Made by a program: the position numbers and the translations under genes. The notes below the pieces were generated by a model. The model saw only the letters and a program-made list of their open reading frames with translations. It had not been told where the DNA came from and made no database searches. From Giardia intestinalis (taxonomy: Eukaryota), in NCBI GenBank assembly GCA_000002435.2, contig CM018791.1: a stretch of 64,000 nucleotides of DNA. One strand, written 5' to 3'. Of the stretch, positions 19,001 to 28,198 are shown in pieces (the first letter of the stretch is position 1; every line of letters starts with the position of its first letter).

Positions 19001-20563
19001 ATTTAAATTTAGCACTTTGCCAGTTGCACAGATGATGTTAGCTCCTATAATCTCGTGCACTAGACCGAAGATGTTGAGTGGAAACGCCGTATCCTTGTAA
19101 ACGTCTTCTCTATTCATGTCAAAGATGTCAGACATGCAGACATACATAAGGGGGTCTTGTTTCATGGACGAGATTTCCTCAAGATAATTCAGCGTAGGCG
19201 CTATGCACGTCTCAGATATCTCAAGTGCCTGATACTTTTGCCTACTGAAGTACGTGTCAGCTATGCGATTACTATGAAGGGTTGAGAAGACTGTGAATCT
19301 GGAAAGAGCATCTTCTAGTTGAGCCTTCCTCTGAGGGAATAGCTCCTCGGATAAGCCTGTGACTGCCTTGAAAAGGTCAATCTTAAGGAAGGAGAGACCA
19401 ACAACTTCGTGATATCTAAGGTATAGTTGGCGTAATAGAGCCAAAGCAGCGGCTAAACCCTGGTTCAAATTGTTCAACTCGACAAAGCCTAGCTTATGCA
19501 ACTCAGCAAAATCTCTGCGCATGCCCTCAGCATTTTCTGCTTCTGTGGCACTTATGTAATCATTCACGTGCTCCTTGCAGAGCAATAACAAGCGAAGGTC
19601 CATAAGGTCGCACTTAAGTCGCTCGTAGCTTTTGTAAATTTCCCTGAGAAAAGGCCGGGTGTAGGCGTCACATGCCGCAATAAACTGGTTCAGGTCTAGG
19701 TTTAGCATCAGAGAGATTAGTTTGTACTGCTTAACTGATGGGGCTGCGCAACACAAAGAGTAGTTCTTGGTGATGTCGCTGGCAGTATAATGCAATCCGT
19801 TGATTGTGCGCAGCTGAAGGTCGTATTTGGTAATGACATACGCGAAAAATTGCTCGATTTCTGCAAAGCTCATCAACTCAAAGAATGGAGTGCGGCCGGC
19901 CCGGGACTCAACATGAATAGAGCGAAGCATGGGGAAGGAGCCGTGCAGCATGTTTAGCAACGAAACAAAGTTGTATACCCTCGTTGCAGAAATGTCAACG
20001 GAGTAAAGCTTGGGGCAAAGCACGGGTAGAGCGTTGAAATTTGATATGTTTGTCCTCGAGATATCGAGATGGACAAGGTTTGGAAGGTTTGCTAGCCATG
20101 TAGTGTAAAACACAGGGTTATTTGCAACGTTCAGACCTCGTAGGCTTGTGGACTTTAGGTCTGATAACGATTTATCAGTCAGGTGGTTGTCAGGCAACGA
20201 AAGGTACTCGAGACGAGGAAGAGCGCTTAGTTCTGCAACGTGTGTGATCCTGTTGTCGTCCAGCCATAGGAATCGAAGCCCCGTAACCTTGGCTGCCTCC
20301 TCTATGTTGGTTATTCGGCACCTGATGAGCCGCAAGAGCGTGAGACCCCCAAGAAACCTCTCCAACCCCGCCACTTTGTGGTACCGTGGATGAAGGAAGA
20401 GGGTAATTGTGTTGCTGGGAGGGGTGGATTCAGCGACAGCTTTAGCATATCCAGACAGATGGTCTGCGACACACTGCACCGGCTCCTCAAAGGCGTGTTG
20501 CGCAAAGTCTAAACACACCTGTGGGTTAGCCTCGCAGAGTATTACATACGGATCGGCCGCCAT
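16034..20563 (-). CDS. Leucine-rich repeat protein (1509 aa)
   Basis: Many LxxLxLxxNxL repeats at both ends (LRFLWLDDNRITHVAELSALPRLEYLSLPDNHLT; LDLRANKIHNGDKTLDTLKKLRSLTKLFVAENPF). ATG at 20563. Confidence 0.8.
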   Translation of the reverse strand: MAADPYVILCEANPQVCLDFAQHAFEEPVQCVADHLSGYAKAVAESTPPSNTITLFLHPRYHKVAGLERFLGGLTLLRLIRCRITNIEEAAKVTGLRFLWLDDNRITHVAELSALPRLEYLSLPDNHLTDKSLSDLKSTSLRGLNVANNPVFYTTWLANLPNLVHLDISRTNISNFNALPVLCPKLYSVDISATRVYNFVSLLNMLHGSFPMLRSIHVESRAGRTPFFELMSFAEIEQFFAYVITKYDLQLRTINGLHYTASDITKNYSLCCAAPSVKQYKLISLMLNLDLNQFIAACDAYTRPFLREIYKSYERLKCDLMDLRLLLLCKEHVNDYISATEAENAEGMRRDFAELHKLGFVELNNLNQGLAAALALLRQLYLRYHEVVGLSFLKIDLFKAVTGLSEELFPQRKAQLEDALSRFTVFSTLHSNRIADTYFSRQKYQALEISETCIAPTLNYLEEISSMKQDPLMYVCMSDIFDMNREDVYKDTAFPLNIFGLVHEIIGANIICATGKVLNLNVIHRSAIVKAEATEETNEKITEVLTEDIYKQYFQMASKTTQRQHHPFNIRPGLRRIPLYDEGQLLDLIAKIRIGEPLVLIAVKLSDQTIAVHDGRKHLDINTTMYTTVGTTIIYRKGPVSKVAQKSRAEQLSETVVECSPMVATEHRIPLFYSSHDPLLQWLLTMVWQQYKTHIDALSNVIPDSAIACTEVGQENTSPRGVKSRPGPGHTASIAPPRFTPLVNLIAHQGQITPDKIATERDSITVQQPASTARMVDLHNCGLTSTQLQEHPDLLSSYSSAERLSLACNLLTSVSISLPSLKCLDLSSNMLKEIAIDCPNLIFFDVSSNNISYVSDLLRGLSAATRQSLRHIVIFDNPFTIQSSINLYYALHIIGFLPSLQSINGRMIKPLIARKNMAGNPAMLCEVFNITIESKDLTEMVALLDLDNASPWMTETYNLMNPSSASTGTAIVARTYFELSPVILGHHINYSMIGAFDIPKTLPDTLLSVDLSYNFVVKPSNLLSYGSIQVLNLSNCKITSKTLDLLAHSLDRLVDLDISCNNITSINSLATYSETLTTLHMNCNPGLEIDTLPDLPQLRTVSCLGIKSSAEKVAITLSNRCSNCTHVILPPSDPVPGIIYMLPLQCLNCVSIDPSTIRQNRLKLVGSLNQEIVTSLNAWNGKNTLSLSNSGIMTLNFEKSISHIVTAAETIFASGNAITNISSLKEFSSLIQIDLSYNKISDPFNGLKSNTLEALNVSYNPIGSIKVTNTMLPCLKCLILRGCNISSLPNNAFSAVGRMLTYLDIGENPLITVSKDCFSGLVKLKTLKCDLCNIRSVEFLEPLTSYGTLLLLDLRANKIHNGDKTLDTLKKLRSLTKLFVAENPFSVREKNIAEFRVKLFYTIENLVELEGIAKTAEEVSRLEQYIQWRLEKDAKSEVQIVRFTIGDAAHSTSQPVLPLVKNDHIANTANSSRSTERPSIGATRRFSGHAASKPTLNGIVITGITRKNT

Positions 20564-20611
20564 GCGAGGAAAGGAAACGAACCTAACTCGGAATTTTCAA
20601 ATTAAGCAATA

Positions 20612-20618
20612 GTTTACA
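20612..20618 (-). terminator. Possible Giardia-type polyadenylation signal (TGTAAAC on the minus strand) about 10 nt after the H2A stop codon
   Basis: It resembles the AGTRAAY consensus reported for Giardia mRNA 3' ends. A similar TGTAAAT follows the helicase stop at about 31086-31092. Confidence 0.3.
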
Positions 20619-20627
20619 GACTGACAC

Positions 20628-21002
20628 TCAAAGATCCTGCGACCGATGGGAGCCCTTGCCCTCTCTTCCCTCCTTCGCGGAGCGGGCGACGCCTCCCTCG
20701 CGGATTGTGACGTTGGCGAAGATGGTCGCAAGCTCCTTGTCCTTGCGGAGGGCAGTTAGGATGTGGTTGGGGACGATGCGCTTCTGGCTCTTCTTGTCAC
20801 GGTGGTTGCACGCCTCCCGGAAGACCTCTGCGACGACGTTCTCGAGGACGGCCGCGAGGTAGACGGGCGCGTCGGACGAGATGCGCTCTGCATAGCGGCC
20901 CTCGCGCAGGTGGCGGTGGATACGCCCGATCGGGAACGAGATCCCCGCGCGCGCGGACCTGCTCTTCATCTTGCTGTTGTCCTTGACGGGCTTGGTGCTC
21001 AT
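20628..21002 (-). CDS. H2A: Histone H2A (124 aa from ATG 21002; the ORF-track start at 21026 is a TTG)
   Basis: Core H2A fold motifs: AGISFPIGRIHRHLREGRY, APVYLAAVLENVVAEV, KRIVPNHILTALRKDKEL. Confidence 0.9.
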   Translation of the reverse strand: MSTKPVKDNSKMKSRSARAGISFPIGRIHRHLREGRYAERISSDAPVYLAAVLENVVAEVFREACNHRDKKSQKRIVPNHILTALRKDKELATIFANVTIREGGVARSAKEGREGKGSHRSQDL

Positions 21003-21201
21003 GGCTTTCTTTATCTGCGCGGACAATTTAAACTGAAATTATGCCTAAATCTGCGCTCCTGGACATCTCTAACTAATGATACTAACTAATGATAAAAACG
21101 AAATAAAGTAATAAAATAATAAAGACACGGTTCATTTTTAACCTCTTTGACTTTCTATTTCCATTTTAATCTTTTGCCAAAAACCGGGGAAAAGCCAGCT
21201 T
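21003..21201. promoter_or_regulatory. Divergent AT-rich promoter region between histone H2A and the downstream membrane-protein gene
   Basis: About 200 bp, strongly AT-rich (aataaagtaataaaataataaag ... tttccattttaatcttttgccaaaaacc), flanked by two outward-facing ATGs. Confidence 0.55.
21069..21094. repeat. Perfect 13-bp tandem duplication (ctaactaatgata x2) inside the H2A divergent promoter
   Basis: Read directly: ctaactaatgata at 21069-21081 and again at 21082-21094. Confidence 0.9.
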
Positions 21202-23028
21202 ATGCAACAGAGAAACCTTTCGCTGGCAACCCCACAGCCGGTTGGAGTACAAGGAAACGCAGGATCTAAAATGCTAACGGAACTGGAAGAACTGGCAGAA
21301 GGCTCAGAGTACTACTCCATTGGTAAGTCCGCGATATCGTCCACCCAGTTTGCAGCCATGGAGCAGGCTCAGCAGAATTTCGTATCAATGGATGTTAGAA
21401 GGCTGATCTGGTATGTCTCGTACATTGATGTTCTTGCCTTTTTATTTAATGGAGTCATTAATATATGCGCATACAGCCTCACATACCAGTTTGGAGGCCT
21501 CAAGGCCATCAGCATAGAGGCTTCCGTACTCCCTTTGATCCTTTTGCTTTGCAGGAACCCCACGCAGGCCATCTTCTCCAGCATTTCCGGGCCAGTTTTC
21601 AAGGCACTTGCAATAGGAAATATCAACGTTGCAAACATATACGTAAGCCACGCAGTTCTAGTCAGTATCATTTGGAGCATTATGATCCCAATCATCTTTA
21701 TTGCATGGCACAAGCAGCTCCTATTCTTTATCGTGTCCGGACCCTACCATGCCGATACAGATTTTAGCTTTGGAAAAAAGTATCTGATAGCGTCTTTTGT
21801 CATACTCCCCCTCGCTTATACGTTTAGTTCGGGCGTAAACATTCTTTTAAAGCTCGAGAACAGAAACTTTCTCTACCTATCAAAGACAATCTACCTCGGA
21901 ATCTTGAGCCTGCTTCTTCTGTATGTGAGCTATTACATATCTGCTGCAAAGCTGCCGGGTTTTGGGACCAGCAAGCTCAGAGAAGGCACTGGACTTGAGT
22001 TGGTAGCCTATTCTATTGGTGCTGCGAACCTGATAGTAGGCCTGTGGATGGTCCTAGTTTTCATGAGAAAATCTGTTCTAGACATCCCCTTACACGGTGG
22101 ATTAGGATTTTCCTTCCGCAGGCTCTTTCCTTTAAACGGTAAGGTGCTTTTGCGCATCTTCATCCAAGGTCTGGCTTCGTGGAGCGGAATATCTGTCTTG
22201 AATGTCCTTATTTTCAGTCTCAATATAGTCTATGCTCGATGCTATACAGACACTGTTGCAATGATGCACAGCAAGACAGCATATCTCAACTATATGCTCA
22301 TGTATAATGTGGCCTCCATCTTCCTCGATGGAATGCGTCCAGGGTTCTCCACAATTGCTTCGTACAACCACAGTCTTCACAACTATAAGCGGCTCTATGC
22401 GCTCATTAAGTACAGCTGGCTTTACTGCACCGTTGCCACAGCTGCGGTTTGTCTTCTGCTCGGGGCCCTGTCAGACTACGTCATAGCTGGATATCAGCCC
22501 TCTTTTGATTCTGTCAGTCAAAAGGATGCACTATCTCTTTATATGATGGGCAACCCAGTTTATAAACGCGTGGGAAGGAGCGCTTTTTACACACCGTCGC
22601 TTATCGTGGCCCATAACATTGCACAGGTTATGGCGTCCATAGATAATAAGAGAAGCTTGTTCTACGTATTTATGACTGTTCGTCCTGTTTGCATCTTTGT
22701 CCTTATGCTGGTCTTGGCATTGACGAACGGCAACGGGGCAGACTTTTCTGTTTGCTTCCCAATTGGTGATGGAATTGCCGGCGCTGTTGGGCTGCTTGCC
22801 CTTGCCATGTACTTCACGAAGTATAGAAGTTTGGCTGCAAAGTTGGGAGATGCAGAAACATGCTGCTCACCTGTAGAGCCGACGGCGGTGAAGGGCGCCA
22901 GCTACTCGTCTGAGAGGAGCTTTACTTCTGAAGCTCTGAGCGACGACTCAACAGAGGACATCACAATCAGCTGCAGTAACACTGCAACAGAGGAGAGCAG
23001 CTTCACTGCATCTAGCAGAAGGGGGTGA
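21202..23028 (+). CDS. Multi-pass integral membrane protein (608 aa, about 10-12 predicted TM helices; transporter/flippase-like, family not resolved)
   Basis: Alternating long hydrophobic stretches (VLAFLFNGVINICAYSL, VLPLILLLC, LVSIIWSIMIPIIFIAW, ILSLLLLYVSYYI, LIVGLWMVLVF, VCIFVLMLVLAL) and a Ser/Thr/acidic C-terminal tail. Confidence 0.6.
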   Translation: MQQRNLSLATPQPVGVQGNAGSKMLTELEELAEGSEYYSIGKSAISSTQFAAMEQAQQNFVSMDVRRLIWYVSYIDVLAFLFNGVINICAYSLTYQFGGLKAISIEASVLPLILLLCRNPTQAIFSSISGPVFKALAIGNINVANIYVSHAVLVSIIWSIMIPIIFIAWHKQLLFFIVSGPYHADTDFSFGKKYLIASFVILPLAYTFSSGVNILLKLENRNFLYLSKTIYLGILSLLLLYVSYYISAAKLPGFGTSKLREGTGLELVAYSIGAANLIVGLWMVLVFMRKSVLDIPLHGGLGFSFRRLFPLNGKVLLRIFIQGLASWSGISVLNVLIFSLNIVYARCYTDTVAMMHSKTAYLNYMLMYNVASIFLDGMRPGFSTIASYNHSLHNYKRLYALIKYSWLYCTVATAAVCLLLGALSDYVIAGYQPSFDSVSQKDALSLYMMGNPVYKRVGRSAFYTPSLIVAHNIAQVMASIDNKRSLFYVFMTVRPVCIFVLMLVLALTNGNGADFSVCFPIGDGIAGAVGLLALAMYFTKYRSLAAKLGDAETCCSPVEPTAVKGASYSSERSFTSEALSDDSTEDITISCSNTATEESSFTASSRRG

Positions 23029-23055
23029 GGACGAATGTGTTTAAGACAGCATGCT

Positions 23056-25638
23056 TTAGTTCTTCATTAGCAGAGACATGCATGCAGAGAACGAACGCCT
23101 AGACACTCGTGGACTACGGTTTTTTCTCACATAATCTGACACGTCGCTTCCGTTCAAGGCCTTGAGAGAGTTCTCGAAAGCCTTCAGGTGCTTCACACAC
23201 TCAGTATGGCCATTTGTTGCTGCCAGCATGAGGGCGGTTACTCCATCTGTCCTCTGGATCCTTGCTTCAATGGGAATCAGGAGAAGGACACACTGCAGGT
23301 ACCCTCTTTCAGCGGCTATCATCAACGCTGTTGTTCCATCGCTCTTTTGGGCCCCTCCTTCTATCAACGCAAGGGCCCGTACAGAGTCTGGCTTATTGTT
23401 AGCAGCAGCAAGCATTAGCGCAGTGTTTCCCTCATTGTCCCTTAACATTTTCTCCAAAGGAGCTAAGATAGATATACAGTCGATCGAGCCTTTCTTCGCA
23501 GCCGCCATAAGGGCGGTCATACCACTCTCCTCGGTCATCTTAGCCTCGTGGTCCAGCAAGAGCATCACAGAAGCGGGATTATCGTGAAATGCTGCCGTGT
23601 ATAGCGCTGTTATTCCTGTTTTTGTCTGCATTCTGGCCTCTTTTGGTATTAGAAGCTCGATACAGTCAATATTATCCTTAGAAGCAGCGGCCATGAGAGC
23701 GGTCCCTCCCATTATGTTGCACAACCCAGCCTCCTCCTGTAGGAGAAGCTCAACGCATTGCTTGTGTCCCTTCTGCGAAGCAATAATGAGCGCAGAAACC
23801 CCGTTATTATCTTGCAGGCATGCTTCCTTCTCCATTAATATTTCAACACACTTGACATGATTGTTTGATGCGGCATTGTACAGGGCAAACCTGCCTAAAT
23901 TAGAGCGAATTCCTGCTTCCAATCTTTCTAGTATTGAAACGCACTCTGTATGGCCGTTTAGAGCGGCCAACATAAGCGCAGTTTGCCCCTTGCCGGCTTG
24001 CATCTCTGCCTCCCAAAGAGAGAGGACACGCGTGCTCTTAACGTGGCCGTTCTGGGCAGCGATCATGAGCGCCGTTGCACCCTCAGTGTTGGTCATCCGT
24101 GCCTCCTTCTGCACCAGCAATTCAACGGCTTCTATGCTGTCAGCGGAGGCTGCATAGAAGAGAGCAGTTCTTCCTTGCTCGTCTTGGGAGGTCGCCTCTG
24201 CCAGGAGGAGCTTTACACAGTCTGTGCTGCCATTCTTGGCTGCAAACATCAGAGAGGTTGCACCGCCCGCGCCATGAATTCCCAGCTCTCTAAGCAGCAG
24301 CTCTGTGCATTTAACGTGATTGTGGTGCGCAGCGAGCATCAGTGCAGTCATGCCATGCTTTACTGAAGTGTTTCCATTCCGGTACACCAACCGAGTTGGT
24401 CCAGTGTAGACCTTTCCAAGGTCACAGGAGTGGGCATGCATATCATCAATATCTCCCTGCTCAGCTGCACGCATCAATGAGGTATGCTTGTCTGTGGCAA
24501 TCCCATTTCTTGGGCTGCACTTTATGCTAGTAGCGTCTCTGGCAGTGCACTTCAATATGTGCTGACAGATATCAGTCAAGAGACCATCCTTTCCATTGAC
24601 TATAGCGTCATCCAAGATCTTGCTATCGTGATCCTTGACAAAAGTTTTGAATAGATCAGTGTCAGTGAGCGTGCTGGCAGATGACACGGATGTGCTCGAC
24701 AAGTGCAACTTAATGGCTTCTTCGTAGTTGAATATGGCTTGAGAGACCTCTGGAATTAGCACAATCTCTGAGGCGGTCATCCTCTGTGCTGGATCAATCT
24801 CTAGGCAAGCGTACATGAGTTTGTTAAGCGTTGGTGAGTACCCATAATCTGTGAGATCGATTGATGAAAACGCCGGCCGTTCCTGCCTCAGAACCTCAAA
24901 GCTTGGCTTCTTACGCAGACATATCTCATAAATCAGGCACCCTAATGCCCAGACATCCATCTTTGTAGTTAGATTGCCGTCACCAGACCTCACTTCCGGA
25001 GCAATGTAGACGTCCGTGTCCTCTGCGCTTACCATCGAATTAAATGCGTCAATTGCAACTGCCGATTGACTACTATTCAAAACAATCATTCTGGTCAACC
25101 CAGAAAGCTTTATACGTGCATGTATTGATCTATCCGTGAGAAGTATGGATCTGGGGGAAAGATGGGCGTAGATGATGGGGCCTGCATCACACGGCTGTGC
25201 ACCTGGTACGCCTGCCCCACCCTCCTCTATAGGCCCAGGTCTGAACGGAAGATGCAGATAAGCTAGAGCGCTGGCAACCTGACCTACTACGCTCCAAACG
25301 AACGTTTCACTCAAGATCCTATTTAGTCCACGCACATCGTGTAGTAGAGTTGCGAGAGTGCCCCCTTCGCATAGTTCCATATCGATTGTTAAACAACGAC
25401 CTGCAAGATCGTGTTTGGCTGAGAAATGGCGCACCAAATTTGGATGGTCGAGTGTTAGTGCGACCTGATAGATATATAGTAAATGCAAAGCAGGTGCAGA
25501 AGGGAAGTCCTCGATAGAAATATGCTTGACTGCCAAAGGTACGTCCGTGCCCCTTTTTTGGGCATAAAACACCTGCCCAGTGCCATTAGAGCTAAGTGGA
25601 GAGACGTCGACGTACAATTCGCTCGATAATAGACCCAT
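23056..25638 (-). CDS. NEK-like protein kinase domain (catalytically degenerate) fused to about 13 ankyrin repeats (Giardia 21.1-type protein)
   Basis: N-terminal kinase fold with the VAIK lysine (PLAVKHI), APE (YIAPEV) and DVWALGCLIYE. The HRD motif is replaced by YAHLSPRS and DFG by KLSGLTR. About 13 repeats of the form G.TALM.AA..GH..CV.LL follow. Confidence 0.8.
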   Translation of the reverse strand: MGLLSSELYVDVSPLSSNGTGQVFYAQKRGTDVPLAVKHISIEDFPSAPALHLLYIYQVALTLDHPNLVRHFSAKHDLAGRCLTIDMELCEGGTLATLLHDVRGLNRILSETFVWSVVGQVASALAYLHLPFRPGPIEEGGAGVPGAQPCDAGPIIYAHLSPRSILLTDRSIHARIKLSGLTRMIVLNSSQSAVAIDAFNSMVSAEDTDVYIAPEVRSGDGNLTTKMDVWALGCLIYEICLRKKPSFEVLRQERPAFSSIDLTDYGYSPTLNKLMYACLEIDPAQRMTASEIVLIPEVSQAIFNYEEAIKLHLSSTSVSSASTLTDTDLFKTFVKDHDSKILDDAIVNGKDGLLTDICQHILKCTARDATSIKCSPRNGIATDKHTSLMRAAEQGDIDDMHAHSCDLGKVYTGPTRLVYRNGNTSVKHGMTALMLAAHHNHVKCTELLLRELGIHGAGGATSLMFAAKNGSTDCVKLLLAEATSQDEQGRTALFYAASADSIEAVELLVQKEARMTNTEGATALMIAAQNGHVKSTRVLSLWEAEMQAGKGQTALMLAALNGHTECVSILERLEAGIRSNLGRFALYNAASNNHVKCVEILMEKEACLQDNNGVSALIIASQKGHKQCVELLLQEEAGLCNIMGGTALMAAASKDNIDCIELLIPKEARMQTKTGITALYTAAFHDNPASVMLLLDHEAKMTEESGMTALMAAAKKGSIDCISILAPLEKMLRDNEGNTALMLAAANNKPDSVRALALIEGGAQKSDGTTALMIAAERGYLQCVLLLIPIEARIQRTDGVTALMLAATNGHTECVKHLKAFENSLKALNGSDVSDYVRKNRSPRVSRRSFSACMSLLMKN

Positions 25639-25680
25639 GTGACCCCGCAGAGACGTTGCAGCCTTAGGACGCTTTTTTAA

Positions 25681-27543
25681 ATGGACGATTATGTCGACGA
25701 TCCCTCGGACGATGCACTCTTCGATGATCAGGACGCCAATGCCGGCGGTCTAGGTCGAGAGAAGATCGGATTGCATACCAATGAGGATCTTGCGGGATCT
25801 CGGGGGGTCTTCAAGCAGGTAAAGGTTAGCTCCACATCCCAAGATCGCACCAAAAGTGCAAAGCATATACCTGTACAGCCCATTCCAGAGAGTAATCAGG
25901 AGGTAGTGGAAACGATTAGAACACTCAGTGAAGAAAATGCCCTATTATTGAACAAGGTGAAGGAGCTCACTAAAAATGCCCCTACCGCAGAAAGAGGAAA
26001 CATTAAGAAAGTGATTGTTGACCTCAACACACAAATTCGTCAACTCACATCTGTTAATGAGCGGTATAAGAGCAAAATTTCAGAACTTGAACAAGTCAAC
26101 AAGGTTTTAACCACAGAGACTAACCAGTTAAGCAGCAAGCTAGAAGTCCTTGCAAAGCGCCAGCAAGAGCAGCCGTCTAAAAGCACCTCTGCACGCGGGT
26201 CACAACTGTCATCGAAGGCTTCCCACGATAAAGAGCCAGATGACTCTGTCCTTCTCAAATTGGGCCAACTGAATATTCAGATTAATGCTCTTACAAAGGA
26301 GAATACGATGTTAAAGACCGTGCTCCAAAGGGAGACAGGCGAGGATTGGACGACTCTAAAGACCAAGTCACTGTCTACGACCTATAGGGGGCGATCTGAA
26401 GAGATTTCTCTGCTCAAGGGTAAGTTAGTGTCGGCACAAGACCACATACAACAACTGGAGGCAGAATTAGCAAATGCGCGGGGGCTCATTGAGGTGCCGG
26501 ACAACCCTGAAACTGCATACCTCGGTGAAGAGTCTCGTGCAGCCAATTACATCGCTACCATACGTGAACAGTATCACACCCAGATCGACAACTTAACTGC
26601 TGATGTGCAGAGGCAGGCAGATCGCCTGGCAGAGAAAGATGCACGGATCAAAGACTTGGTGGAGAAGGACAAAAAGAACTCTGTGCGAATTGCAAGCTTA
26701 AACAATGAGCTGAACGTCGTTAAGACAGGCGCAAAGAGCATGCTTGCAAAGGCAAAGCATGATGATCTCACAATAGAGCTGTTGAGAAAGTACATTGATT
26801 CCGGGGCCAATCAGTCCAAGACGAGAGACATGCCCGTATATGACCAACTCATGCTTGCAGAGAATGCTGTAAAGGCGTCCGAAGCCAAGCTGGAGGCGGT
26901 GATGCAGACGACGAAATCCTCGTCTGACCAGGCAGTCTATGTCGCAGCAGCTGCACGGCTAGAGGCTCATGAGCTGCGTGCCGTTGTGGAACGGCTTCAG
27001 TACACAGTGGATGTCCTTGCGCGCCAGGTTCGAGAGCTGGAAGCTTCCAGAGGGCAAATAAGCAATTTGATGTCTGCACTAGTGTCTTCCTCTACCTCGT
27101 TGGAGCCTTATGTAGACCAGCTATCTCCGCAAGCATACGAGGTTCAAATTGCCTCCAAGGACTTTGAGCTCCAGAGTCTTCGCAGAGTTGTAGAGCAGCT
27201 CAATCAAGCCTTCGCAGACATTGGCGGACAAAGCCTGACGAGCACGGGCGACAAGGCTGCGACCATGACCACAGGATATATGTCCCAGGGAGACACTAAA
27301 GAGATTGATTCTTTACTCAGTACAGTCAACGGCACGACTGGTGTGACTGGTACGGCTGCCGCAGTTAGCACGCTCGCTGTTACCGCTGCAAACCAGGCTG
27401 TGGCCAAGCACCTAATAGAGCAGAAGCCAAAGAAGCTCAAGCGCACAAAGGAGGTAGGAGAAGAAATGTATAGACCCTTATCTACGGAATCAGGCACTTC
27501 AGACGATGGACTCTGCAAGCAGCCGGTAGAGACACAGGAATAA
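25681..27543 (+). CDS. Coiled-coil protein (620 aa)
   Basis: Extended heptad-rich sequence (LLNKVKELTKNAPTAERGNIKKVIVDLNTQIRQLTSVNERYKSKISELEQVNKVL...). ATG at 25681. Confidence 0.7.
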   Translation: MDDYVDDPSDDALFDDQDANAGGLGREKIGLHTNEDLAGSRGVFKQVKVSSTSQDRTKSAKHIPVQPIPESNQEVVETIRTLSEENALLLNKVKELTKNAPTAERGNIKKVIVDLNTQIRQLTSVNERYKSKISELEQVNKVLTTETNQLSSKLEVLAKRQQEQPSKSTSARGSQLSSKASHDKEPDDSVLLKLGQLNIQINALTKENTMLKTVLQRETGEDWTTLKTKSLSTTYRGRSEEISLLKGKLVSAQDHIQQLEAELANARGLIEVPDNPETAYLGEESRAANYIATIREQYHTQIDNLTADVQRQADRLAEKDARIKDLVEKDKKNSVRIASLNNELNVVKTGAKSMLAKAKHDDLTIELLRKYIDSGANQSKTRDMPVYDQLMLAENAVKASEAKLEAVMQTTKSSSDQAVYVAAAARLEAHELRAVVERLQYTVDVLARQVRELEASRGQISNLMSALVSSSTSLEPYVDQLSPQAYEVQIASKDFELQSLRRVVEQLNQAFADIGGQSLTSTGDKAATMTTGYMSQGDTKEIDSLLSTVNGTTGVTGTAAAVSTLAVTAANQAVAKHLIEQKPKKLKRTKEVGEEMYRPLSTESGTSDDGLCKQPVETQE

Positions 27544-27600
27544 TAAAGACATCTGGCTTTGGAAAGGATAGATAATTGCTTAAACATTCTTAAAAATTTG

Positions 27601-28113
27601 ATGGTGGTCTCCGTGGCTGACGACTTAGTTACTAAACTCCACGTGCAAAATCCAGACGGTGTGACGCCATCGGTTCTACTAGCATTTTTAAGCAGTATCA
27701 AGGAGAAGCCGGAGGTGCTCACGGAGGCCACGGTGGAGTCTGTCCTTCTGATGTGCAGCAGTCACTACACTGGGGTTCTGTTGGGGTTCAATAACATCAA
27801 GCGTGCTGTGTACGTCTTTTCCAATTATACAAAGGACCAGTACTACGCCCTTTACTTGTATTGTGACAAAAGATACCGAGGAATTTTGAGTTCCAGCGAG
27901 TTAATTTCGGCCCTCAGGCGCATTAACATCGGCCTGACTGAGCGCGCATGTGCGTCTATGCTTGAGGACTACACCCAGGAGATTGCAGCGAACAAGGGCA
28001 TCACGTACCGCACTTTCATGCAAGTCCTGGTAAAGTGCATAATCTTCAGACGACAATTCCTGGATGCTCTTGAGGGAGACAAGAACCTTACCTATATACG
28101 AATCAAGCGGTGA
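27601..28113 (+). CDS. Small EF-hand-like protein (170 aa from ATG 27601; the ORF-track start at 27559 is a TTG); Ca-binding loops appear degenerate
   Basis: Helix-loop-helix pair resembling a calmodulin/centrin EF-hand pair (SSSELISALRRINIGLTERACASMLEDYTQEIAANKGITYRTFMQVLVK). AT-rich cttaaaaatttg directly upstream of the ATG. Confidence 0.4.
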   Translation: MVVSVADDLVTKLHVQNPDGVTPSVLLAFLSSIKEKPEVLTEATVESVLLMCSSHYTGVLLGFNNIKRAVYVFSNYTKDQYYALYLYCDKRYRGILSSSELISALRRINIGLTERACASMLEDYTQEIAANKGITYRTFMQVLVKCIIFRRQFLDALEGDKNLTYIRIKR

Positions 28114-28198
28114 CACGGTTTGGCACCGAGAGAGCAACGGATAGATTTGCCAAAACACTCTGTAATTTTCAATTTTAAAAATCTTTGCAATATTTATT

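Noticed and set aside
23162-24530. Series of plus-strand ORFs (141, 98, 127 aa, etc.) within the ankyrin-repeat region
   Set aside because: Antisense read-through of repetitive ankyrin-coding DNA. The sense strand encodes canonical ankyrin repeats.
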